Virus record (IMG/VR): IMGVR_UViG_3300010282_000004
Span: 64,001 to 128,000 of that record
Direction: 5' to 3' (one strand)
Length of the DNA stretch: 64,000 nucleotides
Source of the DNA: a virus
Taxonomy: Duplodnaviria > Caudoviricetes
Shown one piece after another: positions 28,278 through 39,566 of this stretch. A model generated the notes under the pieces. It searched no databases. It was given only the letters and a program-made list of their open reading frames with translations, and was not told where the DNA came from. Within the stretch, counting starts at the first letter, position 1. Each line of letters starts with the position of its first letter. A program made the position numbers and the translations under genes.

Positions 28278-31200
28278 GTATTATAGAGTTTAACCTTTTC
28301 CACAAAGAAATGATTGCCCTCTCTCTTCCTACCAAGCATAGCCAAACAATTGCCCTTTTTAATATATTCTCCATATTCTTTTAATTGGCTCGACCAAATT
28401 GTAGCTTCTATAATTCCACTTGGTGTATATAAATCTAAGTATGCAAACTGATTGCCGTTCTTATCCTTCTTTCTTTTTATGTCTACAATCACACAAAACA
28501 AAGTAATCTTCTCGTTATCCTCTACATCGTTCCATTCCATCTTTGTATACTTATATGCATCCTCTAACGGATCATTTGTAAGGAACATTGACAATGTATC
28601 AAATTCCCACATATATTCATCCCTAGCATACTTGTCTCTAAACTCTTCCATATGTGCTTTAAATCTTTTCTGTTGGTCTTCATCAAACATTTTCTTTCTT
28701 ATATTATTATAGTCGTTAAGCAGTTTGTCTTTATCTACTTTCTTACCATCCTTGTAGTCATCAACGTTAATACCATATTGCAATAACTTTGAGTATGGCG
28801 ATGGAACAGATGCTACAGGTTTAAACTCTCTCTTATCAAATATGTGAGCGGCATATTTTTGTAATGATGCAACCTTGTTTTTTGTTGGGATTGCTCCTGC
28901 TTTGATAAGGGTAACAATTGCAGTCTTATCATTCACTTTATCAGTAAAATCATTAAAACTAGTGTATGGTCTATTTTCAATAATATTTTTAACAATAGAC
29001 TCACCAAGTCCTTTTACCGCCAACAATCCAAATAATATCTCATTCTTGTCAGGAAGTGCAGTAAACTCCATATTTGAAATGTTTACATTTGGTGGAGATA
29101 CTTTAATTCCTAATCTCTTACAGTCATTAATCACAATACTAATCTTTTCAACCTTATCGCTCTTAGATGTTAACAGTGATGCCATGAAATAAATTGTGTA
29201 ATGTGTCTTTAAATATGCCGTGAGATATGATAATAATCCGTAAGCAACTGCATGGCCTCGATTAAAACAGTACGAGCTTTGCTTTAATAGTAATTGCCAA
29301 ATCTCAATTAATTGTTCATTAGTCCAACCTTTCTCAGACAAACTCTTTGTAAATCTTGACTCAAGTTTTGCCATAACATCTTTTTGTTTTTTCCCCATGC
29401 TACGTCTCGCATTATCCACTTCATTTTCAGGGAAATTTGCATACCTAAAAAGTTGCAATGCCTGCTCTTGATACAACAAAACATATTGTGTTTTACCAAA
29501 TATTGTTCTTAAATCTTCGTGCAATACAGTTGCATCTTCTGGATGCAATTTATTTTTACAGTAGTCTGGAAAACTATCTTTGGTTCCAGGTCTGTTTGCA
29601 GCATTTACAACAATGATATCCTCTACATTGTCTGCTTGAGCTTCTACACACATCTTCTTTGCTTCGGCAGACTCCATCTGGAAGATTCCTACTGTATTAC
29701 CTTTCTTATATACGTTGTCAAATACCTCTTTATCACACAAATCTAAGTGATTAATATCGACATCTTCCCAAGTAATACCTGCCATCTTAAGTGCATCATC
29801 AATAATATCCAATGTTTCAAGACCAAGGTAGTCCATCTTAATAAGTCCTAAATCATCCATTGCATTGTGCATCTCAAGTTCGATCATGATATTCTTTTCT
29901 GAATCGTAGCACAAAGGACAGTAGTCTGTTATTGGAGTCGGTGTAATCAAAGTCCCGGCTGCATGTCTTCCCATAGACTTTGGAAGTCCTTCAACATCCA
30001 TAACGTATTTAAACCACAATGGGAATTTATTATAAATGTCTTCAAGTTTTTTGTTCTTGCTCAAGATATCTTTAAGCAATACATCCTTTTCTTCTTCCTC
30101 TCCCAAATCATTTAATGTTTTAATAGTAGGAATCATCTTTGCAACTTCGTCCCTCATTGTATAAGGAATCTGCTGATAGTACGGAGAGTCTTGCTTTTCA
30201 TTGAGAACTTTTCCAATATCTCTGATAGCAACCTTTGTACTTAATGTATTAAATGTTGCAATAGGAGCAACGTTCTCCTTTCCGAATAACTCTTCAGAAA
30301 TTTCCACCATTTCTTTTCTACGTCTTTTTGAGATATCCCAATCATAATCAGCCATAGATGTTCTGCCCAAATTTGCAAATCTTGAAAAATCAAGATCCCA
30401 TCTAACACTATCTATCTGTGTTACATTAAGCATAAATAAACATAAACAGTTAGCACCAGATCCTCTTGAATATCCCAAAGGAATTCTTCTTTTTCTAGCT
30501 TCTTTTGCAAGCATATATAACATAATGAAATAATCAGTGTAGCCAACTGCATAAAGAACCGGGAGTTCTGTTTCTAATCTATGTATTCTTTTCTCTTGCT
30601 CTTCTTTGCTCATACGTCCAAACTTTTCATCAAATGTACTGAATACTAAATGCCTAAGATATTCTTCATGGTCTTCATATCCACCTTCAATATTAACTTT
30701 TGGCATGATATTCCCTTTGTTTAAACCAATATCAATATCTTCAATCATATCAGCAATATGATTTGTTTCTTCAATGCCAGCTTTGATAATATCTTCTGAG
30801 AAGTTTGACGACATTTTTTCATAGATTTCATCTTCTGTTTGAAGATAACAATCTGTATAACTTTCTCCAACCTCTCTACTTTCTCCGATTTCAACAAACA
30901 TCGCATGTGAATCCAACAAACTATCACTAAGCATATGAGCATCTGTCGTTATGATATATGGGAGTTTATGTTTGATCGCAAAGAAATGAATCAAACTATT
31001 TGCATACATCTGAGCATCTGTTGAATGAGACTGTAATTCACAAACGACATAATCAAATGTGCCCTGTAATTTTTGAAAGAATTCCCAAGCCTTATCGTCT
31101 TCTCCCATAACAAGATATCTACTAAGTCTTCCTGCTTGACATGCCGTAGAACAAATAATTCCTTTACCAAGACCATGCTCTTTGATATAATCAATATCAA

Positions 31201-31558
31201 TTCTAGGTTTCTTATAAAATCCGTCCGTCCTTGAAATAGAGGTAATCTTAATCAAGTTCTTATAACCCTCTTGTGTCTTTGCTAGAAGTATCAAATGATA
31301 TCTTGGCTGATAATAATCTTTTGTGTCGGCTTTTTCACTCATATCATCAACTTCATATACTTCGTTACCAATAATTGGCTTTATATCATTTTTCTTACAC
31401 TCTTTAACAAAATCTACAAATGATGACATACTTCCATGATCGGTCAATGCCATTGCTTTATGTCCGTTATCTTTTGCAAACTTAACTGCTTGCTCAACAG
31501 TTAGAATAGAATCGAGTAGAGAACCTTTGGCGGTATGTAAATGTAAATGTGTAAACAT
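28238..31558 (-). CDS. dnaE: DNA polymerase III alpha subunit
   Basis: PHP domain HLHLHT..SLLD, ALTDHG; RGSG; DYDWD catalytic motif; FNRGHAVAY; C-terminal OB fold. Confidence 0.97.
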   Translation of the reverse strand: MFTHLHLHTAKGSLLDSILTVEQAVKFAKDNGHKAMALTDHGSMSSFVDFVKECKKNDIKPIIGNEVYEVDDMSEKADTKDYYQPRYHLILLAKTQEGYKNLIKITSISRTDGFYKKPRIDIDYIKEHGLGKGIICSTACQAGRLSRYLVMGEDDKAWEFFQKLQGTFDYVVCELQSHSTDAQMYANSLIHFFAIKHKLPYIITTDAHMLSDSLLDSHAMFVEIGESREVGESYTDCYLQTEDEIYEKMSSNFSEDIIKAGIEETNHIADMIEDIDIGLNKGNIMPKVNIEGGYEDHEEYLRHLVFSTFDEKFGRMSKEEQEKRIHRLETELPVLYAVGYTDYFIMLYMLAKEARKRRIPLGYSRGSGANCLCLFMLNVTQIDSVRWDLDFSRFANLGRTSMADYDWDISKRRRKEMVEISEELFGKENVAPIATFNTLSTKVAIRDIGKVLNEKQDSPYYQQIPYTMRDEVAKMIPTIKTLNDLGEEEEKDVLLKDILSKNKKLEDIYNKFPLWFKYVMDVEGLPKSMGRHAAGTLITPTPITDYCPLCYDSEKNIMIELEMHNAMDDLGLIKMDYLGLETLDIIDDALKMAGITWEDVDINHLDLCDKEVFDNVYKKGNTVGIFQMESAEAKKMCVEAQADNVEDIIVVNAANRPGTKDSFPDYCKNKLHPEDATVLHEDLRTIFGKTQYVLLYQEQALQLFRYANFPENEVDNARRSMGKKQKDVMAKLESRFTKSLSEKGWTNEQLIEIWQLLLKQSSYCFNRGHAVAYGLLSYLTAYLKTHYTIYFMASLLTSKSDKVEKISIVINDCKRLGIKVSPPNVNISNMEFTALPDKNEILFGLLAVKGLGESIVKNIIENRPYTSFNDFTDKVNDKTAIVTLIKAGAIPTKNKVASLQKYAAHIFDKREFKPVASVPSPYSKLLQYGINVDDYKDGKKVDKDKLLNDYNNIRKKMFDEDQQKRFKAHMEEFRDKYARDEYMWEFDTLSMFLTNDPLEDAYKYTKMEWNDVEDNEKITLFCVIVDIKRKKDKNGNQFAYLDLYTPSGIIEATIWSSQLKEYGEYIKKGNCLAMLGRKREGNHFFVEKVKLYNTWVAQMKERGAKS

Positions 31559-31615
31559 ATCTGTATCTCCTTTTAATTAATTAAAACGAGTGCCGTTTCC
31601 GACACTCATTTTTTA

Positions 31616-33367
31616 TTACCAAACGAAATCATCATCGTCTTCTACTGTATTATTCTCTGTTATTTCTAAATCGGATATTGTAATTTGCGGTGTTCTTACT
31701 CCATCATGTTCATTTATCCCTGGCTTACCAACAACTGTAATAACAATACTGTCGTTATCAGACCAAGCATAGTTAATCCAATCATATAATGGATCGCCAT
31801 CCTTACATTTAAACCGAATAAACTTTACATCATTAATGTAAAATGACATCGTGTCTTCTGTCTTACCGAAAATACTAATATCATTCTTGTTAAGTCTGAT
31901 ATTTTCTACTGCAAACATAGGTTCAGGAATACCTTGACCAATTAAATACTTTGTGTTTTCAAACTGAATGACATCTTTAACCGATACTTCTTCAGAATCC
32001 AATATATCATCAACATAAAAGGTACTATCATATACAACATCTTTCAGCATATTATTAAACTTATCATTAGCCTTATCTTTATCAGAGACTGCAAAGTTTA
32101 AAATACCAAAAGCATTTGCATGACCTTGACCATTTAATATGTCTGTCTGGTTAACTACGTCCTTAAAACTATCAATAGGTGAATTGTCAATATTTCTAGC
32201 AGAACCACCAAACCTATCTTCGTTTTGGACAAGTAACAAACATGGCCTATTGTAGTATTCAGTGACCCTTGAACTTACTACACCAGTAAGACTAGGCGGT
32301 ATAATATCTGTAACATCTACAATAATAACCTTATCTGTATTATCTTTTGGATCTCCAATGCTCTCTATGATTTCTTTTAATGCCTTATCTCTCATTTTAT
32401 CTTGTCTTGACTTAGCATTCTTAGAAAGTCTGGCTGCTCTATCATAGATTGATTCTTGGATAACCTCTGCAGGTTTATCTTTTGTTGCTCTCTTCTTATA
32501 TTCAAATGATTCATCTGTTTGGATGAATGCCCTAAATAATAAATCCCTCTCTTCATAACTACCAATCCTTATACAACCGTTTATAACCGGGGTAATATTA
32601 TATTGAACATTGTGAATTGTGACTAATCCTTTCATTGAAAACTCTTGAGCATTGATTAGTGCCTGAAAGCATTTATTATTAATAGATTTTAACCCCAAAT
32701 CCACGTAGTACTTAGTCTCTTCTGACCTCATATCCATTACGTCAGAAATGTTTGCCAATGCCACTAAATCTAATTGATTATCTGCAAGTTCTTCCCAATA
32801 GTAATCGTCAAGAGACTGTAAGAACTTATAAACAATTCCAGCTCCACAAAACTCTTTGTTCGGATATTTTGGACTCATCTGATTATTTACAATGATTGCA
32901 TACGGATTATCACATTCGCTTTCATGATGGTCTAAGATAATAACCTTAATGCCTCTGTCTGACAAATCTTTACACTGTTCTGTATCGTTTGTTCCACCAT
33001 CAGGTACGATTAATAATTTTGTATCATCTGGAATATCAACACCATTTAACCCATGAGCCTTTTTTTCATGCAAGATATAGTCTATAGGATAGTCACTATC
33101 CATTGACTTAATATAGTTGTACATCATAGCTGCCGAACAATAACCATCTACATCTTCATCAACTAGAATAGAAATCTTTTCTTTGTTTTCAAATGTTTTA
33201 GCAAACAATTCTGTTGCATAACCAATGTTGTCTAAAAGAGTATAATGGTTTGTTACACTTTCATCTAAAGATAAGTACTTAGAAGGATCGGCAATTCCTC
33301 TATTAAAGAGGAACTGCTCAATCATATTATTTTTTTTACCATTGTTTGGATACAATTTATATTTCAT
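31616..33367 (-). CDS. recJ: RecJ-like DHH ssDNA exonuclease
   Basis: DEDVDG, ILDHH, GSAR, GHANAFG. Confidence 0.85.
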   Translation of the reverse strand: MKYKLYPNNGKKNNMIEQFLFNRGIADPSKYLSLDESVTNHYTLLDNIGYATELFAKTFENKEKISILVDEDVDGYCSAAMMYNYIKSMDSDYPIDYILHEKKAHGLNGVDIPDDTKLLIVPDGGTNDTEQCKDLSDRGIKVIILDHHESECDNPYAIIVNNQMSPKYPNKEFCGAGIVYKFLQSLDDYYWEELADNQLDLVALANISDVMDMRSEETKYYVDLGLKSINNKCFQALINAQEFSMKGLVTIHNVQYNITPVINGCIRIGSYEERDLLFRAFIQTDESFEYKKRATKDKPAEVIQESIYDRAARLSKNAKSRQDKMRDKALKEIIESIGDPKDNTDKVIIVDVTDIIPPSLTGVVSSRVTEYYNRPCLLLVQNEDRFGGSARNIDNSPIDSFKDVVNQTDILNGQGHANAFGILNFAVSDKDKANDKFNNMLKDVVYDSTFYVDDILDSEEVSVKDVIQFENTKYLIGQGIPEPMFAVENIRLNKNDISIFGKTEDTMSFYINDVKFIRFKCKDGDPLYDWINYAWSDNDSIVITVVGKPGINEHDGVRTPQITISDLEITENNTVEDDDDFVW

Positions 33368-33371
33368 ATCA

Positions 33372-34397
33372 TTACCTCAACTTATATATATTATTCTTAA
33401 CCAACTTAACCCATTTTTCAGGATTATCTGTAGGGGACTCATGACCTATAAGTAAGTTATCCTCATCAAACATATAATAAATAGGAACGTTATCCGGGAA
33501 TTTATCTGCCAATTGTTCGTACTCAGACTTTTGAACATCTTTGTCAAAACAAAAGATAATCTCTGCACCAAGCCTTATAAGCATTTCAATTTGATGTTGA
33601 GATACTTCCTTACCACCAGTTGCGACACAGTTCTTATATCCATATGCCCATCCTTGTTGCACTGCTTTTTCAGATTCAACAACATATACTTTACCAATAC
33701 TCTTAATATAATCTATTGTTATGTTAAGTCCGTAAAGTATCTTTGACTTGCTACAAGACTCTATGTACACATACTTGTTATATCCTTCAGGGACTTCTCT
33801 ATTGAAGTATCTCCCCTTTACACCTACTAAATCACCAATTTCTGATCTAATTGGGATTGTGTATCTGTTTGTCTCCTCATCAAATCCTATCTCAAATTTC
33901 ATTTGTGTTTCATAATCTATGTTATCCTCTGCAAATAAGTCATTCACATAAGGTTTATAGTAAGTTAAGATTTTCTCACTAATCGGAACTAAAGGTTTAT
34001 CATCATCCTTAGTACTTTCTGTACTCATTCCGTTTATCATTTTTAATATTTTAAAGCTCATTGGAGTTTCTTCATCAAAGTTGTGATAATATGAAACCCC
34101 AATTTCTGAGCATATCATTCTCAAAGTGTCTACGAAATTCAAACCTTTAGTATAAGATACCAAATCTATAAGGTCTGTCGCTCTAGCGATACTTGTCATC
34201 TGTCTTGTGTAATTAATGCAAATTAGTGGTTCTGAATTGTAAATCACTATAGCATTATTGTTATCCCCGGTTGCATTGGCACATGTCCAATAACCATTTG
34301 CCGTATGATACTTTATATGGTGACATCCTATTGACTCTAATATTTGTTCAACATATCTGTTTTCATAAATGTAAGTCTTTAACTCACGGATATCCAT
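33372..34397 (-). CDS. DNA primase (TOPRIM)
   Basis: IPIR...VGVKGR, VVESEK, FCFDKD; next to the helicase. Confidence 0.85.
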   Translation of the reverse strand: MDIRELKTYIYENRYVEQILESIGCHHIKYHTANGYWTCANATGDNNNAIVIYNSEPLICINYTRQMTSIARATDLIDLVSYTKGLNFVDTLRMICSEIGVSYYHNFDEETPMSFKILKMINGMSTESTKDDDKPLVPISEKILTYYKPYVNDLFAEDNIDYETQMKFEIGFDEETNRYTIPIRSEIGDLVGVKGRYFNREVPEGYNKYVYIESCSKSKILYGLNITIDYIKSIGKVYVVESEKAVQQGWAYGYKNCVATGGKEVSQHQIEMLIRLGAEIIFCFDKDVQKSEYEQLADKFPDNVPIYYMFDEDNLLIGHESPTDNPEKWVKLVKNNIYKLR

Positions 34398-35956
34398 TAG
34401 TCACCACCGCCTGACTTTTTAATCAGGTAGCCACATTCATTCCAAACATTGTAGTCTAAGTTAATTTCAAGCAATGGAACAAATTTCTTATTACCACCTC
34501 TGTTCTTGTCTACTACAATAGCAAAGTATTCCTTCGACAAATCTAAGTCATTTGGTACAGGATCTCCCCAATCATCTGGAGATACATACTGATATTTGTG
34601 ATAATCTTCACGTCTTAAAGCCTTACCAATCATCAAATGGTCTGCCACATGTTTAATCTGTTTAGCATTAGCAATGTTATTACTGCTCAGATTAAAGATA
34701 TCAGTAAATACAGTTTCATCTGTAAGCTGGAATACTGACCAACAAAACATCTTTAATTCTCCCATCAACTCTTTAATCTTTGTGGCAGTCTGCTTGATTG
34801 TTGACCATTCATCAGTACGGAATCCCTTTAATGTATCATAGGCACAGTACTTAATATCACTAACCATCTTAGCCTTTCTGAACTCGAACTCCAATGTTGT
34901 GTCTGAGTAGTCAGAACTTACATCCTTAAACAATAATTTTCCTTCTTTGTTTCTGTCAATCCATTCTGTGACTTTAAGAATATTATTGAATTCGTCTGAT
35001 TCATTAAGAAGTCTCTGTTCAAATTCTTTTTCAGTTTCAATCCACGTTCCATCTTCCTCATTAATTTTTCTACGGATGATTTCATTATTTCTATCTCTAT
35101 AAACACCAAGTACAATCTCTCTTTCAGGTTTCTTCATGTGAACACCATGCAGATCTTGGAAGTACTTATTGTTTACTACAGTTGTAATAAGACAATTCTC
35201 AAGGTCTTCTTCATCCATCTCATTACTCAATAATAAGAACTTCTCATTCTTGACCAATGTAATGTAGGCAGCTAATAACATAAGGTTTCTTGACTTTCCT
35301 GCATTACTAAGGAATCCATTAAATACAACCTTTCCGGGTCTGCAGCCTCTAAACATTTCATTTAAGATAGGCCATGGCATTTCCAATCCCATATCAGGAA
35401 TGCTAAGATATTTCTTAATATGTGAACTTGTATTGTTTGTAAGTTCAACTGCATCAGCACCTACGTTAATGATTGTATGAATCTTGTCTGCTTGCACCCT
35501 TATGATTCTGTAGATGTCACCTGCAGTCATCTTTTCAAAGTTCTTGTTCTTAAGAATCTTATTGATCGGATAACCATTACGTTCATACTCTCTAAGTAAT
35601 GAATACTTCTTTACGATGTCGAAGTAATTCCTACAATCATTCTCATCTGCCAAGTCCATGAACTGTTTAATTGTCTTCCAACCTTTATACTTTTTATAAG
35701 TTTCTAATCTCTCAGGATTCTGAGACATAAATGTGTTAACCTTAGTCTCATCAATATCTTGAGAAAACTTTAAATAGTAAATTTCAAAACTGTCATAAAA
35801 GAACTTTACTACCGGGTCTGAGAAGTCATACTTACTTCTCACAAAACTACCATAAGTAACAAATAAATCTGTGCTTTTAAGTAAAGCACCTAAGAAACAA
35901 ATCTCTGCCTGAACATTGACAGTTGAAATATTCAGTTCTTCATCCATGCTGACCAC
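34397..35956 (-). CDS. DnaB-like replicative helicase
   Basis: Walker A NAGKS, SNEM, YDTLK, FQL, DKNRGG. Confidence 0.85.
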   Translation of the reverse strand: MVSMDEELNISTVNVQAEICFLGALLKSTDLFVTYGSFVRSKYDFSDPVVKFFYDSFEIYYLKFSQDIDETKVNTFMSQNPERLETYKKYKGWKTIKQFMDLADENDCRNYFDIVKKYSLLREYERNGYPINKILKNKNFEKMTAGDIYRIIRVQADKIHTIINVGADAVELTNNTSSHIKKYLSIPDMGLEMPWPILNEMFRGCRPGKVVFNGFLSNAGKSRNLMLLAAYITLVKNEKFLLLSNEMDEEDLENCLITTVVNNKYFQDLHGVHMKKPEREIVLGVYRDRNNEIIRRKINEEDGTWIETEKEFEQRLLNESDEFNNILKVTEWIDRNKEGKLLFKDVSSDYSDTTLEFEFRKAKMVSDIKYCAYDTLKGFRTDEWSTIKQTATKIKELMGELKMFCWSVFQLTDETVFTDIFNLSSNNIANAKQIKHVADHLMIGKALRREDYHKYQYVSPDDWGDPVPNDLDLSKEYFAIVVDKNRGGNKKFVPLLEINLDYNVWNECGYLIKKSGGGD

Positions 35957-35961
35957 TCCTT

Positions 35962-36642
35962 TTAGTTGAAAATATCATCAACCAAATCATCGAAGTCAAA
36001 TGTATCTCCACTTTTATTTTCATTGGATTTAACAACATTCTTATCTACGATAGGTCTGATTGATGTCGTATCATAGTTATTTTTGATACGTTCTACTTCT
36101 ATTATTCTCTGTTTTTCAATCCAATTAAGGTAACTATCGTACTTGCCAATCAATACTGCTAAGTCGTAGTTAATTTTTTGAATAGGATCAAGATATTTAC
36201 CTTCATGTTCCATCTTGTTATGCATTTTATCTAATGCAGCCATCTGTCTTTTCCACATATCAAGAAGGTGTTCTGGTGGTATACCTCTAGTCATATCCTT
36301 ATATGTTCCATTATATATATCATCCAACTTATTCCAGACGTAATATGGAATGTTTGTTGGGTTATATTGTTTTACAATAAACCTATATACTAAATCCTTA
36401 TTAATCATAGGCTTAAAGTATTTAACTGTATCAGCACTTAATTCATCTATGCTATTAAGCAACTTAGTGTATTTTTCAACAGTGTCTTTTCGTTTTGATT
36501 GCATCTTCTCTTTACAAAGATTGGCGAAACAATCCTTATGATATGTCTTTTTATCACAATAAATCATTTCGCCAATCGCATGTTTTGTAATTTGAAGAGT
36601 ATCACCACAACAAGCACACTTTCTTGTCAGTGACTCTTTCAT
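35962..36642 (-). CDS. Zn-finger replication-associated protein (possible helicase loader or initiator)
   Basis: CxxC...HxxC; immediately upstream of the helicase. Confidence 0.5.
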   Translation of the reverse strand: MKESLTRKCACCGDTLQITKHAIGEMIYCDKKTYHKDCFANLCKEKMQSKRKDTVEKYTKLLNSIDELSADTVKYFKPMINKDLVYRFIVKQYNPTNIPYYVWNKLDDIYNGTYKDMTRGIPPEHLLDMWKRQMAALDKMHNKMEHEGKYLDPIQKINYDLAVLIGKYDSYLNWIEKQRIIEVERIKNNYDTTSIRPIVDKNVVKSNENKSGDTFDFDDLVDDIFN

Positions 36643-36673
36643 ATTAATTACCTCTGTTTATTTAACCAACTTG

Positions 36674-37837
36674 TTAACCAATAACTTCAATAATCTTCTT
36701 AAGCTTTTCTACATCAGTTTCATTCTTGAATGTAGTAGGAAGTCCAGCTTTAGTAAGGCTATCCTTAACCTTTGTCTTGTCTACCGGGGAAAGAGCAGCA
36801 ATCTTTTCCTTGATAGTAGCCTTGAGTGTTGCGACTTCATTTTCAGGAGAAGGTGTAGGATCAGAAGGTGATACATTAGATACAGGCTCGCCAACACTTC
36901 CCATTACCTCTCTAGTATATAAATCCTGCTCTACTTCTACAGATTTAACCAAGTCGTTCTTTACTACAAATACCTTATTGTTTGCAGTTTTATCAATGAT
37001 CTTCTGCCAATCAAGAAGGGTAGGATCTTCAATAATCGAATTATCCTCATGTACATGAGTTCTATCCTTTTCTACATGAGCGCAAACCTGACCGTCTTCA
37101 TCACGGAACATTCTAATTACAGTCTTTGCATTATATCCCATATCCTTAAATCCATCAGGTATTTTCTTTCCAGTAGATACACTATTAACACTTCCATCAG
37201 AACCTTTTACAGATTCTGTTTTATCTTTTTCTCTTGCAGTTACAATATAATGTACTCCAGATGCAGCCAAATCAAGGATTAAGTTCTGACCTTTGTAGTT
37301 AATCACCTGATAATCACGAAGTTCCATTCCTGAACCCTCAATCTTAACTAACCTTGCATCTCCAATAAGACCTGCAGCATCTGCCTTAACCTTATTTCTC
37401 TTTTTAGAGAATTCAACCAATCCCTGTTTTGCAGTCAAATTAAGAATTGTAGAACCATCAATAACAATAGCATCTGCTCTAAAAGGTTCTCCATCTGCAT
37501 CAACCAATACAGTTTCAGTTTCATTTCCTTCGTCATCAAGTTCATAAATATCTTCGTGATTCTTAACCTTTGAAATATACTGTTCTACTTCAGCTAATGA
37601 CTGAGTATATACAATGTAAATATTTCTAAGGTCAATACCTTTTTCTTCAAGTTCTCCAAGATAATCATCAATAGATCCTGTTTCAGGGTCAAGATACAAT
37701 ACTCTAAACGGTTTACCATCAGGTCTTTTAAAGTATGCGAACTGCATTGCCATTGTTGACTTTCCTGTGAACTGCTCGCCATAAATGAGCATACCAATTT
37801 TACTCTGTGTTGCTGATGCAACTCTTGCTTTTGCCAT
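36674..37837 (-). CDS. AAA_24 / Sak4-like ATPase
   Basis: YGEQFTGKS, YLDPETG, IVIDG, EKDRT; next to SSB. Confidence 0.75.
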   Translation of the reverse strand: MAKARVASATQSKIGMLIYGEQFTGKSTMAMQFAYFKRPDGKPFRVLYLDPETGSIDDYLGELEEKGIDLRNIYIVYTQSLAEVEQYISKVKNHEDIYELDDEGNETETVLVDADGEPFRADAIVIDGSTILNLTAKQGLVEFSKKRNKVKADAAGLIGDARLVKIEGSGMELRDYQVINYKGQNLILDLAASGVHYIVTAREKDKTESVKGSDGSVNSVSTGKKIPDGFKDMGYNAKTVIRMFRDEDGQVCAHVEKDRTHVHEDNSIIEDPTLLDWQKIIDKTANNKVFVVKNDLVKSVEVEQDLYTREVMGSVGEPVSNVSPSDPTPSPENEVATLKATIKEKIAALSPVDKTKVKDSLTKAGLPTTFKNETDVEKLKKIIEVIG

Positions 37838-37972
37838 ATTTATTATCTCCTTTATATTTTATATTTATTACTTTATTAATATATCTCTCACATTTTATGA
37901 GCGAACCATTACAGTTCGCCCATATTGTATGTATCAAAGAGCGAGTCCTAATAATCCCCACTCTAATTTAGA

Positions 37973-39034
37973 TCAATCCCACGCTACGTCATCATCTGAA
38001 TCGTCAAGCTTTGCGTCTCCCCACTCAGAATCTGAGTCAGTACCAAAACTTGCTTCAGCATTCTTAGCCTTGTTAATCTTTGCAATAGCTTCAGTAATGT
38101 TCTTCTCTGTGTATGTGTCCTTGTCGATTGAGTCACCTGCGGCACCTGTGATAACAAAGATTCTTCTAGTAGGTGCAGTAACCTTTGTTGCCATAGGATC
38201 AGCTTCACCCCACTCATCAACCTCTTCAACGACCTCTGTCTGTGTCTCACTTACAATATGGCCATGAACTTTGATTGCATTGTAAGGCTTAAGTGCAGTC
38301 CTGAATGTCTTAGCCAACTTGGGATTCTCAATATAAAACTGAACATCCTCGATACTTCCCCAATTAATAATCTTTGCAAGAACAATGAACTTGCCAGTAG
38401 GCTTATCGTTACTATCTTTTTCCTGCTCGATTCCCATGAATACAATAACCTGATTGAAGTCGTTCTGTGACTTATAGTCACTAGCTTCAAAATCACAGTC
38501 TGCACACAATGAAACCTGATTAGGAACTAACTTGGTTGTCGTTCTCTTTTCACCATTGTTTGTAACGAAACTACTGTAATCCAAATTACCACGAATAAAT
38601 ACAGACTGACCATCTTCCAAGTTTTCTTTGATTTCAACACAAGCATCGTAATCAGTTAAAATCTTCTTGTCGTTTACAACCTTACCAGTCTCGTCTACCT
38701 TCTTCTTTACTCCGATGTTCTTTCCAATCATACGGTAACCTTCACGATTAAACTTGAATCTCTCTGCCCAAGATACTCTCTGAGTATCACCCTTCTCACC
38801 GGGTTTATCAGCTTTCTTAGTGAAGTAAACCAAGTCCTGCTCGATACCCTGCATGTTAACATAGAGAGTCTTTCCAGTATCATAGGAAACACCGAAGTTA
38901 ACAATCTTCATATCCTTTTTGTTTTTTGTTTCGATCTCTTTGTCAAATCCGTCTTTTTCTGTACCAGAAACAATTCCTTTCAACTGAAATGAACCTTTTG
39001 TTTCAGGCAAATCAAATAATCTTTCTCTAGACAT
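37973..39034 (-). CDS. Phage single-stranded DNA-binding protein (SPbeta-like)
   Basis: OB-like beta architecture, acidic C-tail ending DDDVAWD, replication context. Confidence 0.7.
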   Translation of the reverse strand: MSRERLFDLPETKGSFQLKGIVSGTEKDGFDKEIETKNKKDMKIVNFGVSYDTGKTLYVNMQGIEQDLVYFTKKADKPGEKGDTQRVSWAERFKFNREGYRMIGKNIGVKKKVDETGKVVNDKKILTDYDACVEIKENLEDGQSVFIRGNLDYSSFVTNNGEKRTTTKLVPNQVSLCADCDFEASDYKSQNDFNQVIVFMGIEQEKDSNDKPTGKFIVLAKIINWGSIEDVQFYIENPKLAKTFRTALKPYNAIKVHGHIVSETQTEVVEEVDEWGEADPMATKVTAPTRRIFVITGAAGDSIDKDTYTEKNITEAIAKINKAKNAEASFGTDSDSEWGDAKLDDSDDDVAWD

Positions 39035-39080
39035 TTTGTTTTTCTCCTTACTTTAATTAATTTTATTTTGTTAATAGGTT

Positions 39081-39227
39081 ATATACTGTTAAGATTGTTA
39101 ACAGTTTTGGCAGGCACCCAATAGGGTGTCCACAAAATCTAATTTTGGAGGGTTTTGAACATGGATCTATGAGAAGAGCCATCAAATATTAGATGCCTGT
39201 CAAAACTATCAACAACCTCACAGTATA
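39081..39227 (-). ncRNA. Candidate long-hairpin small RNA or 5' leader
   Basis: About 34-bp terminal stem with G.U pairs favouring the minus strand, directly after an AGAGAATA motif. Confidence 0.5.
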
Positions 39228-39263
39228 TTATTCTCTATTTATTTTTAGATTTTCGGCAAATTT

Positions 39264-39566
39264 TTAATTTTTTGCCGATGTGCTATTGTGCCAAAATGCA
39301 TTACAGTAATCGGATACTGTAAAATGATACTCCTCATATTCAGTTCTCCACTCATACAATAAAACTGCATAGATCATTGCAGAGAATAAATTAAGCATGC
39401 TCAGATCAATTCTATCTTTCATTACATTCCCATATGTAAACTGTAATGATATAATCATTGATACTGTAAAGAACGAAATATGCCAGTAATAACATTCAAC
39501 TTTAGTTTTAAACTTCAGTTTGTTTACAATACTTTTAATTACCTTCATTGGCATCCTCTCTTTCAT
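39264..39566 (-). CDS. Membrane hypothetical protein
   Basis: Two hydrophobic segments. Confidence 0.5.
   Translation of the reverse strand: MKERMPMKVIKSIVNKLKFKTKVECYYWHISFFTVSMIISLQFTYGNVMKDRIDLSMLNLFSAMIYAVLLYEWRTEYEEYHFTVSDYCNAFWHNSTSAKN

Noticed and set aside
28238-35956. Inteins in DnaE or DnaB
   Set aside because: Protein lengths are normal and no intein splice-junction or LAGLIDADG blocks were seen
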